A program made the position numbers and the translations under genes. Shown one piece after another: positions 13,991 to 28,493 of a stretch of DNA of 64,000 bases; position 1 is the stretch's first letter, and each line of letters begins with the position of its first letter. The stretch is from Eledone cirrhosa (taxonomy: Eukaryota), in assembly GCA_964016885.1 (NCBI GenBank), contig OZ024745.1:84134001-84198000 (forward strand), written 5' to 3'. Under the pieces are notes generated by a model, which was given only the letters and a program-made list of their open reading frames with translations, had not been told where the DNA came from and did not search any database.

Positions 13991-14952
13991 TATTCATTAT
14001 TCATTATAATGTTATCTTCTGCACCCCCAGTCAGCTTCCACGTTTGTATATTTTCCTACAAGTTTCCCTCTCCTCCAAACTTTGCCTTTTTTTCTGTAAG
14101 TCTGTCAGTTATGATGTTCAAGATATTTTACATTACACTTATCCTCTTTACATCGATCTTCCGGTTACTTGCATTATCTTTATTTGTTACATGTTTTGTT
14201 TTAAGAGTCACAAATCACTTGATGGTTTTCTTCAGATTTTGCTAATCTGTTGTTTTTCAACATAAGCTTTTCGCCTTTCGAACAGCTAGATCAGAATCAC
14301 TATCAAATGTTGTGTTTTTGTATGTGTTTCAACAAGAATATCCTATATATTTCAAATAAATATAGTTAATCTCGTTACGAGTTCTTACATTGGGTGCGCG
14401 CCATTTTTCTGTATCACTTTAGGCTGAAATTATCTTAACAATACACTCGAAAACTGTTATGTTCATTATGTGGTTGGCACCACAACAAAACATTATAATG
14501 CTCTCAGTTTCCCTGTTCAAAATCGATTAAACAACAAATTCTTGGAGCAAAGTTTTCATATCAAAGCTTCCCTATTTTATCAGTTGTTTTTTATAACTAA
14601 TCGCGAAAGAAGATCTCTACGTTCACTGTGTCCATTAGGTCATTTGTTGGGATTAATATAGACAGTTGGCCAGCACTAACATGACCTTTGGCAATAAGTT
14701 GTCGGTAGAGGTATCAATAGACATACAAGTCTATGTGATCCCATCAGACTATCCTAGAAATATTCATTATGTATTTAAACTGAGCATGATATTAAGTACA
14801 GTGGTTGTCAATATGATGGGAAAAGTCGTTGTTAAAATATTTGCGCTCCACACCTTTTACATCCGATTTCAATTTGAAATATCGAAGCTCTTTATGGAAC
14901 ATACCTCATCAGTTTATAGCCTCGACTATCAAAATCCTCTTGTTGAAATATA

Positions 14953-15175
14953 GTTTCTGATTTAGGCACAAGGCAAACAATTCTTTTTTAGGGACGGGGG
15001 GGGGGGCAGTCATTTAAATCGACCCCAATACGTTATTGGTACTTTATTTTATCGACCTCGTAGGGATAAAAGACAAAGCTAGTCTCGGCAGGATTTGAAC
15101 TCAGAACGTAAACGGGCGTATCTATATGCCACAAAGCACATTACCCGACGCTCTACCGATACTGCCAATCCACTG
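14953..15175 (-). mobile_element. tRNA-derived SINE (Meta-like)
   Basis: Similar to 42687-42871 along its length. Confidence 0.85.
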
Positions 15176-15560
15176 CACTTTTTATCCATTAAGCCATGCG
15201 GCTACCCTTTTTTATTGTTGCAATATGAATGAATTATTGGTTGTATATTTAAGAAACAAAAGCTATATTTTATTGGGAGAAAACGAGAAGCGATGAGGGT
15301 CGTATATTTCCTTGCGGCTTGCGGTATCAAACTATTGAATCCTAGTCACATTTTCAATATACCACAGGCTTATTCCTTATTCAGTGGCGTTAGCTACAAA
15401 CATAAAGAAAATATTATCAGTGAAAAATGAAGAGAAAATTACTTCAAGATAACCATTCAGTGGGCGAAACACAAACACACGATTCTCATTGAGTATAAAA
15501 AGGTTTTATAAACTTGATAGATTTATCATAATGAAAACATTTTATTGCAAACAATCACAC

Positions 15561-15633
<73 letters not shown>

Positions 15634-16910
15634 CATGCTCCCATGATATGCTTTGTATCAATTCCATTTGGTGTGGTTGCCGTAGTTACCTTCTGCATTC
15701 ATATACTTGTGGTTAATATATATTCATCACAGAGAGAGAGAGGGAATTAATCTAAGACATATCATTTATCAACAATGACAGCTTCCATCACATAAAATAT
15801 AGTATAGAAACTGTCCAGTTTTGTCATTTCTATCATATGTCCTAATAATATTAGTTGTTTATAAAACTGATTTATCACTATATGGATGAGGGGAAAATGA
15901 GGCATGGGGACAAATGTGAACTGTGTTGAATTCATGCCTTTCTCTGTAGTATTAACAGTATAAATGAATGAAATAGTTTACACTGGGAACCAAAATCAAA
16001 TACCGTACTCTGATTGCCGAGATCTTATTCATTGATTTTCAGTGCTTAACATACTCTCATGAGAAATATATTTCTTTCTTTTTGTCTGCTCCAAAGTCTA
16101 AATGGATTCAGGAGCTGTATATTGGAACGTTATATCTTTCTCAGAGACATTTGAAACAAAAGTAAATATTAATATAAATATGAATTGAAGCACATTGAAT
16201 TACTATTGTCTAGAAATCGTCAGATTTGACTATATAATTGAGACGTGCTGATAACGTTTCCTGTAATATTTAAATTTTTGAGTGATGTCTAATAGGTGTG
16301 AGCACACGACACATCTTGTTGTTATCGAATCTGTTTTATGTATATGCATATATTTATAAAGTAATGAACATGACACATTATCACTCCCTTTTGAAATGAA
16401 TTGTTTCGTCAGTGTTAACATAATGTAGCGAACACAACGTTGTAACTAATAAAATCCCACCAGCTGCGGCGAAGAAAAAAATATTCACTCAATGTACAAA
16501 CCCGAGCAGAATAGAGGCAACAGCTTCGGAAACTTAATTAAAATTAGAATTTAGACAAGCTGGGAGATGCCTGTATGTTCAGTAATTAGAATTTAATTTT
16601 AGTTCTTAGGTTTCTGAGCCGGAAGTTTGATTTCACATAGCTTGCTTTTCTTGTGGGGTGAGGAAGACAAAATTGAAGTGTGATAAATTATTAATGGATA
16701 TAGGGCAACTTTTATCAGATATCTTTTGAACTCTAAAGAAGCTAGTGTTAGATACGTACGCACCAGATACTTGTACTTCGTGAAAATATTAACTTTATTG
16801 ATAACTTCGAGAACTTATAAAAATGTTAGAAATCTCTATTGGTTATTATTTATTGCTTCTGATAAATCCATTTCGATTCTTGATTTTAGGTATTATTGAA
16901 ATTACATTAG

Positions 16911-17100
16911 GTCAGTGGATTGGAGGTATTGTTAAAGCATCAGACAACATGGTTTGCGGAATATAGTTACGTCTCTTTACATTCTGAATTCCAATCCTAC
17001 CAAAATTAGCTTTGCCTTTCATCGTTACGAGGTCGATAAAATAAAGTACTAGTAACGTATTGGGATCGATTTAATCAACTTTCCCCTTCCTTTCAAATTG
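16911..17100 (+). mobile_element. Diverged SINE (Meta-like)
   Basis: tttgcctttcatcgttacgaggtcgataaaataaagtac core. Confidence 0.75.
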
Positions 17101-17319
17101 CAGATCTACAGCAGGCTTACAAAGTCATCTACGAGTTCATGGACGTGGATGGGATGATAACGAAGAATCAATAAGAGGCGGCAATCGTCTGTGAAGACGC
17201 TTCAATCCTCATATAAATATATATATATATATGTAAAAGGTAAACAGAAATAACAACACAATCGGTACAGTATATGGAAGGGATATATTAGGTTAAAGCT
17301 TGATATAGCAGGAAGAGGG

Positions 17320-17355
17320 TCTCACCGTTTCAGACGCTAGTCCTTCATCAGAAGA
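17320..17355 (-). ncRNA. Minimal type I hammerhead motif in a PLE-type 3' end; same family as 41087-41195 and 47076-47215
   Basis: TCTT CTGATGA AGGAC TAGC GTCT GAAA CG GT GAGA. The other copies give the consensus GAAACGTTAAGA; the cleavage site is mutated here. Confidence 0.6.
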
Positions 17356-17626
17356 AAGAATGAGAAATAAGATAGATTGAGGGGACGGGTGGGATGGAAC
17401 TGGAAAAAGTATCTTTAGATGAAAATAACAGGTCCATCCATGTTGACATCTCTTGCAAAACTGTTGGTGCTGGCGTTTTGTGAATGATTTATTTTTTAGA
17501 AAAGTGGAGGAAAAACAAACGACTAGGCATGAAGTAGAAGTTAGATGAGAAAAATCTAATTAGTGTCCGTTCTGTTTCTGTACTACATGAGTCTGCGGCG
17601 CTGATTGCATATTATTATTATGCTCA

Positions 17627-17830
17627 ATCCCGCCAAGGTTAACTTTGCCTTTCATCCTTACGGGGTCGATAAAATAAAGTACCAGTAATGCACTGGGTAA
17701 TTGCTGGCCTTGTGCCTAAAGTAGAAACAATTATTATGCTCAATCGTTAACTTTGTGTTTCATCCTTAATGTACTGGGTAATTGCTGGCCTTGTGCCAAT
17801 AGTAGAAACAATTATTATGCTCAATCGTTA
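17627..17830 (+). mobile_element. 5'-truncated SINE with TSD ATTATTATGCTCAATC and a partially duplicated tail
   Basis: TSD-like sequence at about 17612, 17730 and 17811. Confidence 0.8.
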
Positions 17831-18352
17831 GCATTACGTAAAACACTGCACTTCTTCAGAAAGAGTTCCATGTATGAATATGTGTACTTATGTATTTATA
17901 TGTTCAACAAACACACGCACACATAAACACACACATACACACACATACGTGCGCGCGTGTGTGTGTGTCGTGTCTGAAACAAAAGGCATCCAGCGTGTCT
18001 CATATCCCAGTTTTTCTATAGCTACTGTAAGTTAGCCTTCTGACAGCTGGCTGTTTAGTGCCATCTCCACTCAAACGCTTTTTACTCACTTATCTCTTCT
18101 CTCGTCAGTCATATTCTGTCGACGCCATCCATCTTTAAGTCCTGCGCTAAAAACTGTCTTGCCCTGCTTCCACAGAAGGTATCAAACTGTGAATCATTAA
18201 TTTTCTTCTGTAAATCAATGATTTAGAGCATGGAAGTCGTGATTTTGTGTTATTTCCATTGTTTTCTGCATTGATCCATTATAATCAGAATAAATATGGT
18301 AGCATTTGTATAACAAAACGCATGTTTTAATGTGACGACTATTTTTCTCACC

Positions 18353-18426
<74 letters not shown>

Positions 18427-18558
18427 GCCCATGGTCTCTTTCTGCCTTTACCTCCTACTTTTCCTCACTCTTTCTCCCTCTTCTTTTCCTCATTCTATTT
18501 TGTTATAATACACTCTAACTCACAAATACATTACGCAAACAAGCCCATACATATATAA

Positions 18559-18607
<49 letters not shown>

Positions 18608-18610
<3 letters not shown>

Positions 18611-18775
18611 AAAATAGTTTACGCCAATCTTAGTTTATAGCTAAAGGCCCAACTAATCTCTGTTATATAAATTGAGAGCTTTAACTTCCATTTTACTTTG
18701 AAACATTACATTAACTCTATCCTATACTTGCACAAACTCACATACACACTTACACACACTCACACACTCTCACAC

Positions 18776-18843
<68 letters not shown>

Positions 18844-19030
18844 AAAATAGTTTACGCCAATCTTAGTTTATAGCTAAAGGCCCAACTAATCTCTGTTATA
18901 TAAATTGAGAGCTTTAACTTGCATTTTACTTTGAAACATTACATTAACTCTATGCTATACTTGCACAAACTCACATACACACTTACACACACTCACACAC
19001 TCACACACACTCACACACACACACACACAT
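18608..19030. repeat. Tandem direct duplication (about 233-bp period) separated by (CA)n(TA)n
   Basis: cctaaaatagtttacgcc... at 18608 and 18841; partial inverted copy at 19235-19292. Confidence 0.9.
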
Positions 19031-20764
19031 ATATATATACAGAAACATACATATATACGTATGTGTGTGTGTATGTATATATATATGTATATATAACTTT
19101 TTATATATATAAATGTATATATATATGTATATATAGATATATATATGCACACACACACAAACACACACATATATATATATACATATATATATATAAATGT
19201 ATATATCTATGTTTGTATATATACATATATATATGTGTGTGTGTATGTGTGTAAGCGTGTGTGTGAGTTTGTGAAGTATAGGACAGAGTTAATATATATA
19301 TATATATATATGTATATATATCTATATTGGAAAATATGTGTAATCCTTGGTACAGTTAGGTATATTAAGACAGGGGGGAAGAAAAAATGGCTTCACTTGT
19401 GCTTTCAACAAATTTATTTTCTTCACAAAATCCAAAAAGAATTTTTCTTAAAAAAAATTATTTTATAAATTAAGTTGTTGGTTGTTGGTTAGGTCTTAGA
19501 AATTCTTGGTTAACGTAGGAGGTATTGTTTCGTTTTTAGAAAGACCTTTCACGCTGAGGTGCGCTTGTAAAACTGATGTGTATGTGGTGTGTTGTTCTAT
19601 ATATAGGGATTTAACATGTCTGTGGTGTGGTGGGGGTTTCTTTTCTCCCCCTTTAATAAGTGCATGGGTGTAGGTGTGTTGAAAAAGTGTTCATAGTAGT
19701 AATGAGTTGAGACGGTGAGTAGGGTTGGGTGGGGAGAAATGTAGCAAGTGCGGCCTGCCCCGGTCATTCTCGAAAAATTCCTTTATTCAGGGGAAAAAGC
19801 TTTTAGCATTGCTTTTGTGTTGAGAATGGTCACAGGCAAATCGCACCTGTCAAGTTTGTGAATAATTATTTTTTTCTTCTTTTTTTCCTGAAGAATTTTT
19901 CTACGTCCATCCCAAAGTTAATCCTTTGTTCAACACACACATATGTGCGCATATACGTACATACACACACGGGTGTATATGTTAATAAGCACCCTTGTTC
20001 GGTACAGTGGATGTGACCCTTCCATACTTGCCCAGCCACCGTGTGTGTGTTTGTGCATTGGTGGGTCTATCCCAACGTGTATTGTATGGATTTGTACCTT
20101 TGTATGCTCATGAGTTGTGATGTAATACATCTATGTAGAGTGTGTACTGCGTTATAAGATGCACAATTGATTAGATTTAACCTGCCCCTCGCATTTTATC
20201 TTATTTTAGTTTATTTAAATTACCTTGTTGACTCGTAGTGAACCAATGGGCCTGTGCCCATATGGGACGGAGATTTAGCCAGTCACTGCGAGCTGACCTG
20301 TGCCATCTCGCCGTGGGCAGTAGATATGGAGTACATGTATGTGTTACCCTCCTATTCTGCGGTTCACAGTCTACATGCTGACTTTGGGGTGTTTTTGCCC
20401 GGTGTTGTATTTTTGGCATAGTTGGTCTTCCATAGATTGACGCTCTGTGTTATTCTCCCAAGAATAACGTTTTGGCCCCGATAGCCTTCCGTATTTATTA
20501 ACGGTTTGTTTATACTTGAATCTGGCGACTACACGTGGGAATACGCATCTCCTCATAAGGTTGTATTTTGAATATTAATCGTGATTACTCTGGCTAATTT
20601 ACTGTGAAACTACATTATCTGCGACCAGTGAGAGCAACTGTTATGGGTTTTTGACTTTTGTTAGCTGGGTAAGATATTTTGTGTAATATATCCGCGTAGA
20701 TTTGGGTGTCCGGTGCGGTGTGTGTGTGTGTGTGTGTATGTATATATTTATGTGTATATACGTG

Positions 20765-20817
<53 letters not shown>

Positions 20818-21918
20818 TGTCTCTGTATATATCTGTACGTATACTGTCTCTGTATATACATGTCTGTGTGTATGTGTGTATGTATAAGTATACATATACT
20901 GTCTCTGGACTAACCCTAATGTTGCGTACATTCTTGCGATGCCGGATTGTTGCTCAATGTTGTGATTTTGTGGTTATCGGCTTTGGAAGCTATTTGTTAT
21001 GCACTGTTGTTGAGTTTTCTTATATTAAATGGTATGCATAATAACCTGCTTCACCTGACTGTGTTTTACCACCTGCACTTGCCTGCTTCTGCTCACTAAT
21101 ATGCGCCTCAGTTATTTGCCTCTTGATGTTCGTGCTGCTGTATATGAATTTGCCTGCAACCTTCCCAGCATATGCTCCTGCTTGTGATATGGATACACCT
21201 TGTTAACCAATTAATTTTTGCCTGAGTGCTCAACTCTATGAATGCACATCTGTGTATTGAACTTTGGAGTGTGAACTTTTTCGGATTGCCCAACCGCTCA
21301 ACTCTATGAATGCACACCCGTGGATTGAACTTTGGAGTGTGAACTTTTGGGACTGTCCAGCCTGGGATGTTTCCATTGCATTGTAATGGTCCACTCAATC
21401 TAGTGCGGACATAGCATCTGTTCATAAAAAATCTCATTCTAACACTCTATTGTTAAACTGCGGCTAACTGCAACACCTAAGGCGTTCGTGTGCTCCTGAT
21501 ATATTCCATATATCACCATAAGTCAACACTAGTGTCACCTTAGGATTTCTATAATAATATTATTATTACATGCCCTAATAATTACCATCTTGATTACCCT
21601 TATTACATCTTTTTACCCCCAGTTACATCTTTATAAATATGCATTACTTGGACTGATATGTGTATATATATATATATATATATATCCTTATATCTTTTTT
21701 ATATATATTTTTTATATATATTTTTGTGTATTTTATATGTTTAACGTATATCGCTTGTTGAATATAGCTTGATAGCTTATGCATTTGCCAGTCTTATCTT
21801 TACCCGCACCTTCCTTTATGGTGTATATTTTACTCCATTTTTTTTGGTGTATTGTTTTATTTATTTATCTTCTGGTGTATATTTTACTTTATTTTATTTT
21901 ATTTTATTTTTTATCTTT

Positions 21919-22065
21919 TATCTATTTTTTATCTATTTTTTATCTATTTCTTATCTATTTTTTATCTATTTTTTATCTATTTTTTATCTATTTTTTATCT
22001 ATTGTTTATCTATTTTTTATCTATTTTTTTATCTACCTCTTATCTATTTTTTATCTATCTCTATC
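21919..22065. repeat. (TCTATTTTTTA)n 11-12 bp minisatellite
   Basis: Direct reading of the sequence. Confidence 0.9.
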
Positions 22066-22425
22066 TCTTAACTTGTGCCCATCCGTCTATGATATGTTAT
22101 TTGTATTAGTGTATACTGTATGTGTTGCATACGGGTGCTTGTGTGTAGGTGCATGCGGGTGCTCATGCTTATGCATATACTTGTATGTAGCTGTATGTTA
22201 ACGGAACCCTGCCCAACTGTGAGTGATAACAGTTCTTATTTTTCATTTTTATTTTTATTTTTATTCTTATTTTTATTCTTATTTTTATGTTTATTTTTAT
22301 TTTACTCTTTTCTTATTTTACTCCTTTTACTTTACTCTTTAAACTCCTCCCAACTTATGGTATCCCCACATATATTCTTCTGTTTTGGCTTTGTCAATGC
22401 TTGTATACTATGTATTTACTCTTTA

Positions 22426-22471
22426 TGCTCTGAAGAGACCCACTTCTAGTGTGGATGAAACACTGTTAGCA
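22426..22471 (+). ncRNA. Type I hammerhead motif followed by a short tail and (TA)n
   Basis: TGCT CTGAAGA GACCCAC TTCTA GTGTGGAT GAAA CACTG TT AGCA; stem I TGCT/AGCA. Confidence 0.7.
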
Positions 22472-22513
22472 ATTAAAGATATACCTATCTTCTAAGCGCT
22501 CTTTGTTGTTAAT

Positions 22514-23124
<611 letters not shown>

Positions 23125-23126
<2 letters not shown>

Positions 23127-23232
23127 AAATGGTAAAAATGAAACGAAATTTCATTTCCCACTCTTAGTACGGCTGTTACTTAAATATAAGTATGTACACG
23201 TACATACATATATGTATGCAGACGTACAGTAG

Positions 23233-23272
<40 letters not shown>

Positions 23273-23616
23273 CATACATGCACACATATATATATGTACG
23301 TATGGATTCACCGAACATTTATTATAATGCTCGGTGTGTTTGTAAACAAACATCCCGTATTAAGCCGTAGTGTCCAGCAACCATCGTTGCTCGTTTGTTC
23401 AACACTGACAAAGGAACGCTGTACTAGTTTCAAGCTTATTAGCTATCATCAGCAACGTATACCTTCCTGCCAGATTGTTGAACGTATATACTTACCTTAT
23501 GCATATTAACGGCTGAGTAGCTCAATTTGCATATCGAGTGGGTTAATCGGCCGGGTGCACCGAAAACGATAAATGGTAAAAATGAAACAAAATTTCATTT
23601 CCCACTCTTAGTACGG
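23125..23616 (-). mobile_element. Retrozyme-like non-coding element: 444-nt monomer with about 48-nt terminal redundancy
   Basis: Direct repeat at 23125-23172 and 23569-23616; internal hammerhead; second copy at 39629-40066 and an end fragment at 25670-25715. Confidence 0.75.
23417..23457 (-). ncRNA. Type I hammerhead ribozyme
   Basis: CGTTG CTGATGA TAGC TAATAA GCTT GAAA CTAG TA CAGCG. Confidence 0.85.
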
Positions 23617-23637
23617 ATAAGTATATATATATGTATC

Positions 23638-24226
23638 TGCATGCTCCGATGGATGTGTAACAGTAATATACGTGAACGACAAAGCATAAATGAATTAAGA
23701 GAGAGACTGAGCATAAGAGGAATCAAATGCTGTGTGCAGGAGAGGCGGTTGCGCTGGTATGGACATGTGATGCGTATGAAGGATGACAGCTGCATAAAAA
23801 GGTGCAGAGCACTAGAAGTTGATGGAAACGGCGGAGTGAGGAGACCCAAGATGACCTGGGATGAGGTGATAAAAGCCGACCTTACCCAATTACACCTCTC
23901 AAAGACAATGACACACGACCGTGACTTCTGGCGTCACGCAGTAATATAGAGTACCCGACCTCCCATGGGTACATGCTGAAGCATATAAACAATATGCCCC
24001 CACACCTCCCACCGCAAGGTGGTCGTGGAGGTGCCACGGCAAAAAAGCACCCAGCACTCACTGTAAATGAGGTTGGTGTTAGGAAGGGCATCCAGCTGTA
24101 GAAATCAAGCCAGATCAGTTCCTGTATGAGCAAGGCATGGTCAGCCGACCAGACACTGCACACAACAGGACAACCCTTCTAACCCATGCTAGCGTGGAAG
24201 AACGGACGTAAAACGGTGATGATGAT
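23638..24226 (+). mobile_element. RTE LINE 3' end with 3' UTR and (GAT)n tail
   Basis: MLRWMC..ELRERL..RRLRWYGHVMR..RPKMTW; ends aaacggtgatgatgat. A second 3' UTR fragment lies at 24358-24505. Confidence 0.85.
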
Positions 24227-24301
24227 ATATATATATACATATATATATGTATATATATATATGTATCTATATCTATATATATATATATAAATATATATAT
24301 G

Positions 24302-24332
<31 letters not shown>

Positions 24333-24552
24333 ATGTATATATATATATATATATGTATGTTAGGAAGGGCATCCAACTGTAGAAAACCCGCCAGATTGTC
24401 CTATGCGAGCAAGACAACCACTCTTGCCTCAAGTGGGAAAACTCCCGTCCAAACCCATGCAAGCATGGAACACGGACGTTAAACGATGATGATGATGATG
24501 ATGATGTATATATATATATATGTATGTATATATATATATATATATATGTATG

Positions 24553-24585
<33 letters not shown>

Positions 24586-25017
24586 ATATATATCTATATA
24601 TATGTATGTATATATATATATCTATATATATGTATGTATAAATATCTATCTATTTATATATGTATGTATATATATCTATATATGTATATATATGTATTTA
24701 TAGATATATCTCTCTCTCTATATATATATACATTTTATATCAATGTAAACTGCTATTTCTAATAGCCATCTGTTCACTCTTTGATAATTTCTGTGTAAGA
24801 TACATTGGCTGAGAGCTTCTGAGAGGAACTAAAAGATTGATTCTTTTTAGCTTCCCGTCTCCACGTAAAATTTGTTAATCTGTGGCTAGTTGAGAGATAG
24901 AGTCCTATCGGTTGCCAGTTGCTAATCGCTTTACGGTGTCGGTTGTCACAAACAGTCATGACCGGCATGGGCCGGGATTTGGATTCTGTCGATCGATTGG
25001 TTATTGATTAGGCGATA

Positions 25018-25127
25018 CCCGCTGATGAAGCCGCATAAGCCGATTGTGCATTGTTGCATAATATATGCAGACAGATGGTGCAGTGCACCTTACTGCTGCA
25101 TTAGTGCGGCAGAAACTCAAGTCCGGG
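25018..25127 (+). ncRNA. Type I hammerhead with extended stem II, inside a TA-flanked element (about 24745-25272)
   Basis: CCCG CTGATGA A GCCGCA..(about 70 nt)..TGCGGC A GAAA C TCAA G TC CGGG. Confidence 0.8.
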
Positions 25128-25269
25128 AACCTTATAGGCACCCGTATTACGTGTGTTGTGTTGAGGCAAATAACTATGTGTATACTCTTGTAATGTATCT
25201 TACATTGCCCATTGAGTGCGCTGAGATACAACCGGTAATGGCATTGATAAATATGGTGGGCCCGTCAAC

Positions 25270-25466
<197 letters not shown>

Positions 25467-25818
25467 CATATATATATTTGTATATACATATATATATTTG
25501 TATATATATATATATATGTATATATGTATATATATATATATATATATGTATATACATATATATATTTGTATATATATGTATATATATATATATATATTTG
25601 TATATATATATGTATGTTTGTATATAAGTATGTATGTATATAAGTATGTATGTATATAAGTATGTAAATGCCGTACTAAGAGTGAGAAATGAAATTTCGT
25701 TTTCATTTTATTACAACTTATGTTTGTATATATATAGATGTATGTATGTATATATATATAGATGTATGAATATATATATAGATGTATGTATGTATATATA
25801 TAAAGATGTATGTATGTA

Positions 25819-25849
<31 letters not shown>

Positions 25850-25876
25850 ATATAGATATAGATATATATATATATG

Positions 25877-25924
<48 letters not shown>

Positions 25925-26069
25925 CACATCTATATATATATATGTGTGTGTGTATGTATATATATCTATATGTATGTATATATATCTATATATAAGTATG
26001 TATATATATCTATATATATATGTATGTATATATATATATGTATATATATATACATGACCCCTTAGCCTT

Positions 26070-26390
26070 TGTCAAGGCAGAATTCTAGGAGAAGGAAAAC
26101 TCTGATATAACACCTGCAACCCTGATGGTATCCAATGATGTTGACTTGTTCTTCTTTTTGGTAAATATCATCTTGGTTAAGAGAGTGGGACTGGCTTTCT
26201 GCAGTGCCTTTGCTCACTATAAATGCTTCACGGCACAGGCATTGTTTTATATCTGGAGATCTCTCTGCACTTGTCGTCACATGGTACCAAGGGCCCAGCA
26301 CTATGTGTCAATAATTGCCACAAGTCTAGTGTTTGTACCAGAGTTTTTAAGTCGCTGGCTGGACTAAAAAGTCACTCGTTCAGCGCATCG
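26070..26390 (+). mobile_element. Degraded RTE/BovB-like remnant
   Basis: C-terminal zinc-finger-like VCTRVFKSLAGLKSH; the 5' part resembles an RTE 5' UTR (ctaggagaaggaaaactctga). Confidence 0.5.
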
Positions 26391-27017
26391 GTAGGAGTGA
26401 TCCTACATGGATATAAATAGAAATTAGAAGACCAAAGCTGAACAGAAAGAATGAGTAAACAACACTGACCTAAGAGAAGTATAAATAAGTAAATAAATAA
26501 AATAAAATAAAATAAAATAAGATAAATAAATACATACACAAGCACAATAACAACAAGCACATAAACACACACTAGTCACCCAGCAGACACAACACTATGC
26601 ACACTAGTCACACAGCACACATAACACTATACACACACGCAAACGCATGCGCAAAGAAGACAAAATAAAATAAAATAAACAAATAAGCAAATAAATAAAT
26701 AAATATATAGACAGACTGAATAAAAAAATGGCGTAGACATACAACACAACAGGAGGAAAAAATATAACACCACTGACGATGTTGCAGATGTGCAACGAAA
26801 GATTTATGTAAATTATGTAAACTATATATATGTGTTTGTGTCTATATTGTATCTGTATTATTTTTGACCGTCGGTCAGTCAATGTGGCAACATTGAGGAC
26901 CGAGTAAGTTAGATCGCAGATATAAAAGACAGCGAGAAGCGAAAACCAACCAAACAGTGAGTGTGTTCTGTTATTAATTCTGGCAATATTACGCAAATAT
27001 GACCCTCCCCAAGTATA

Positions 27018-27067
<50 letters not shown>

Positions 27068-27918
27068 CCCAACCCATTGTTATAAACTTGTGTTACTTTC
27101 TCCTCTGCCATCTTCTGCAGAACGTGTCAGGTCTATCTGTGTTAGCATCCTGCTGTTAATACGTAAATGCCTAAAGTGATGTTTATAGATTGATTCATAT
27201 TGAACAAATATAGTTCGTCCTATAAATACAAAGTAAATAAAAAAACGGATAAAACTTTTAAATGGACAATTTTACTGTCTTCTCACGTAAGTTTGGTTAC
27301 TTTTATAGGTAAACATGGGTTTTATAGACATGGATTAGTATGGTTGTAGATATAATGAATTATGAGATTTCTATCGGTTCATTTATATAACACATTCAAT
27401 GGAGTGTATAAAGCCGAATATTTCCCAAGAAATTTGTATTAGAATATACATAAGGAATATTATAGATTTTTTTTCTGGATGTTGAAACATTTAATGCTCT
27501 TGCATTAATGCAAACTTCTCAATTCATGGTCATTACTGCCTTTTCGGCATTATTCTAACTATATAATTACAAAAATTTATTGGATTCCAATTCAATTGCC
27601 AATATTATTACGAGCCATTTATTGCAAACACGGCTCAACGAATATTTAGATCCACTTCTCTAAATTCATATGTATAATTTTTCCGGTAAATTAATCCGTC
27701 ATCTTCGAGTTAAATTATGCATGACCACTTCAGAGCTCAGAAGATGTATGATGTTCCAGAAGAATACGTAAACGATATTATCGCTAAGAGACTTTGTTAC
27801 CATCCTAGCAAATGGACATTCGTTCTTTGAATGAATATATATAATATATATATATGTCCCCAGGCTCTGATACCATCAACACTATACACACAGAGCTGGC
27901 ATATCTAAGAACTGACTA

Positions 27919-27974
27919 ACTGCCTGATGAGGTCATAGCCATTCAATGGCTATCATCGAAATATATATAGTAGT
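27919..27974 (+). ncRNA. Type I hammerhead in a short TA-flanked element (27855-28020)
   Basis: ACTGC CTGATGA GGTC ATAGCCATT C AATGGCTAT CATC GAAA TATATA TA GTAGT, then AATAAA. Confidence 0.8.
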
Positions 27975-28015
27975 AAATAAAGGATTATGAGTTCATGCAA
28001 TTGACTTATGTTTCG

Positions 28016-28043
<28 letters not shown>

Positions 28044-28046
<3 letters not shown>

Positions 28047-28408
28047 GATATTAAATAAATGGAAACTATATTTGTAAAACCATATTTATTTCATTATATA
28101 TATTTCAGGGATATCATATTAACAATATGTTATGCCTTCTTCAGACAAAATACAATATAAACAGTCTTATAAATAAATAGATACGACATACCTTTCAATC
28201 GACTTGCATTTGGGAAGTTGATCTGCCAAATCAACTTCCCAAATGCAAGTCGATTGAAAGGTATGTCGTATCTATTTATTTATAAGACTGTTTATATTGT
28301 ATTTTGTCTGAAGAAGGCATAACATATTGTTAATATGATATCCCTGAAATATATATAATGAAATAAATATGGTTTTATAAATATAGTTTCCATTTATTTA
28401 ATATCATA
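28044..28408. repeat. Near-perfect palindrome (about 180-bp arms) with an about 90-bp unpaired tail, between (TA)n; hammerhead-like core at 28308-28356
   Basis: Arms are reverse complements around a 7-nt loop at about 28226; CTGAAGA AGG...CCT GAAA TATA TA. Confidence 0.92.
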
Positions 28409-28493
28409 AATATACTCCAAATACTTGTTGAGTGCTTTTATATCAGTTATAAATATTTACTCGTTGTTAACCCAACAATTTAAATATAACTTT

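Noticed and set aside
21229-21348. 52-bp tandem duplication as a CRISPR-like repeat
   Set aside because: Only two copies, eukaryotic context and no cas genes.
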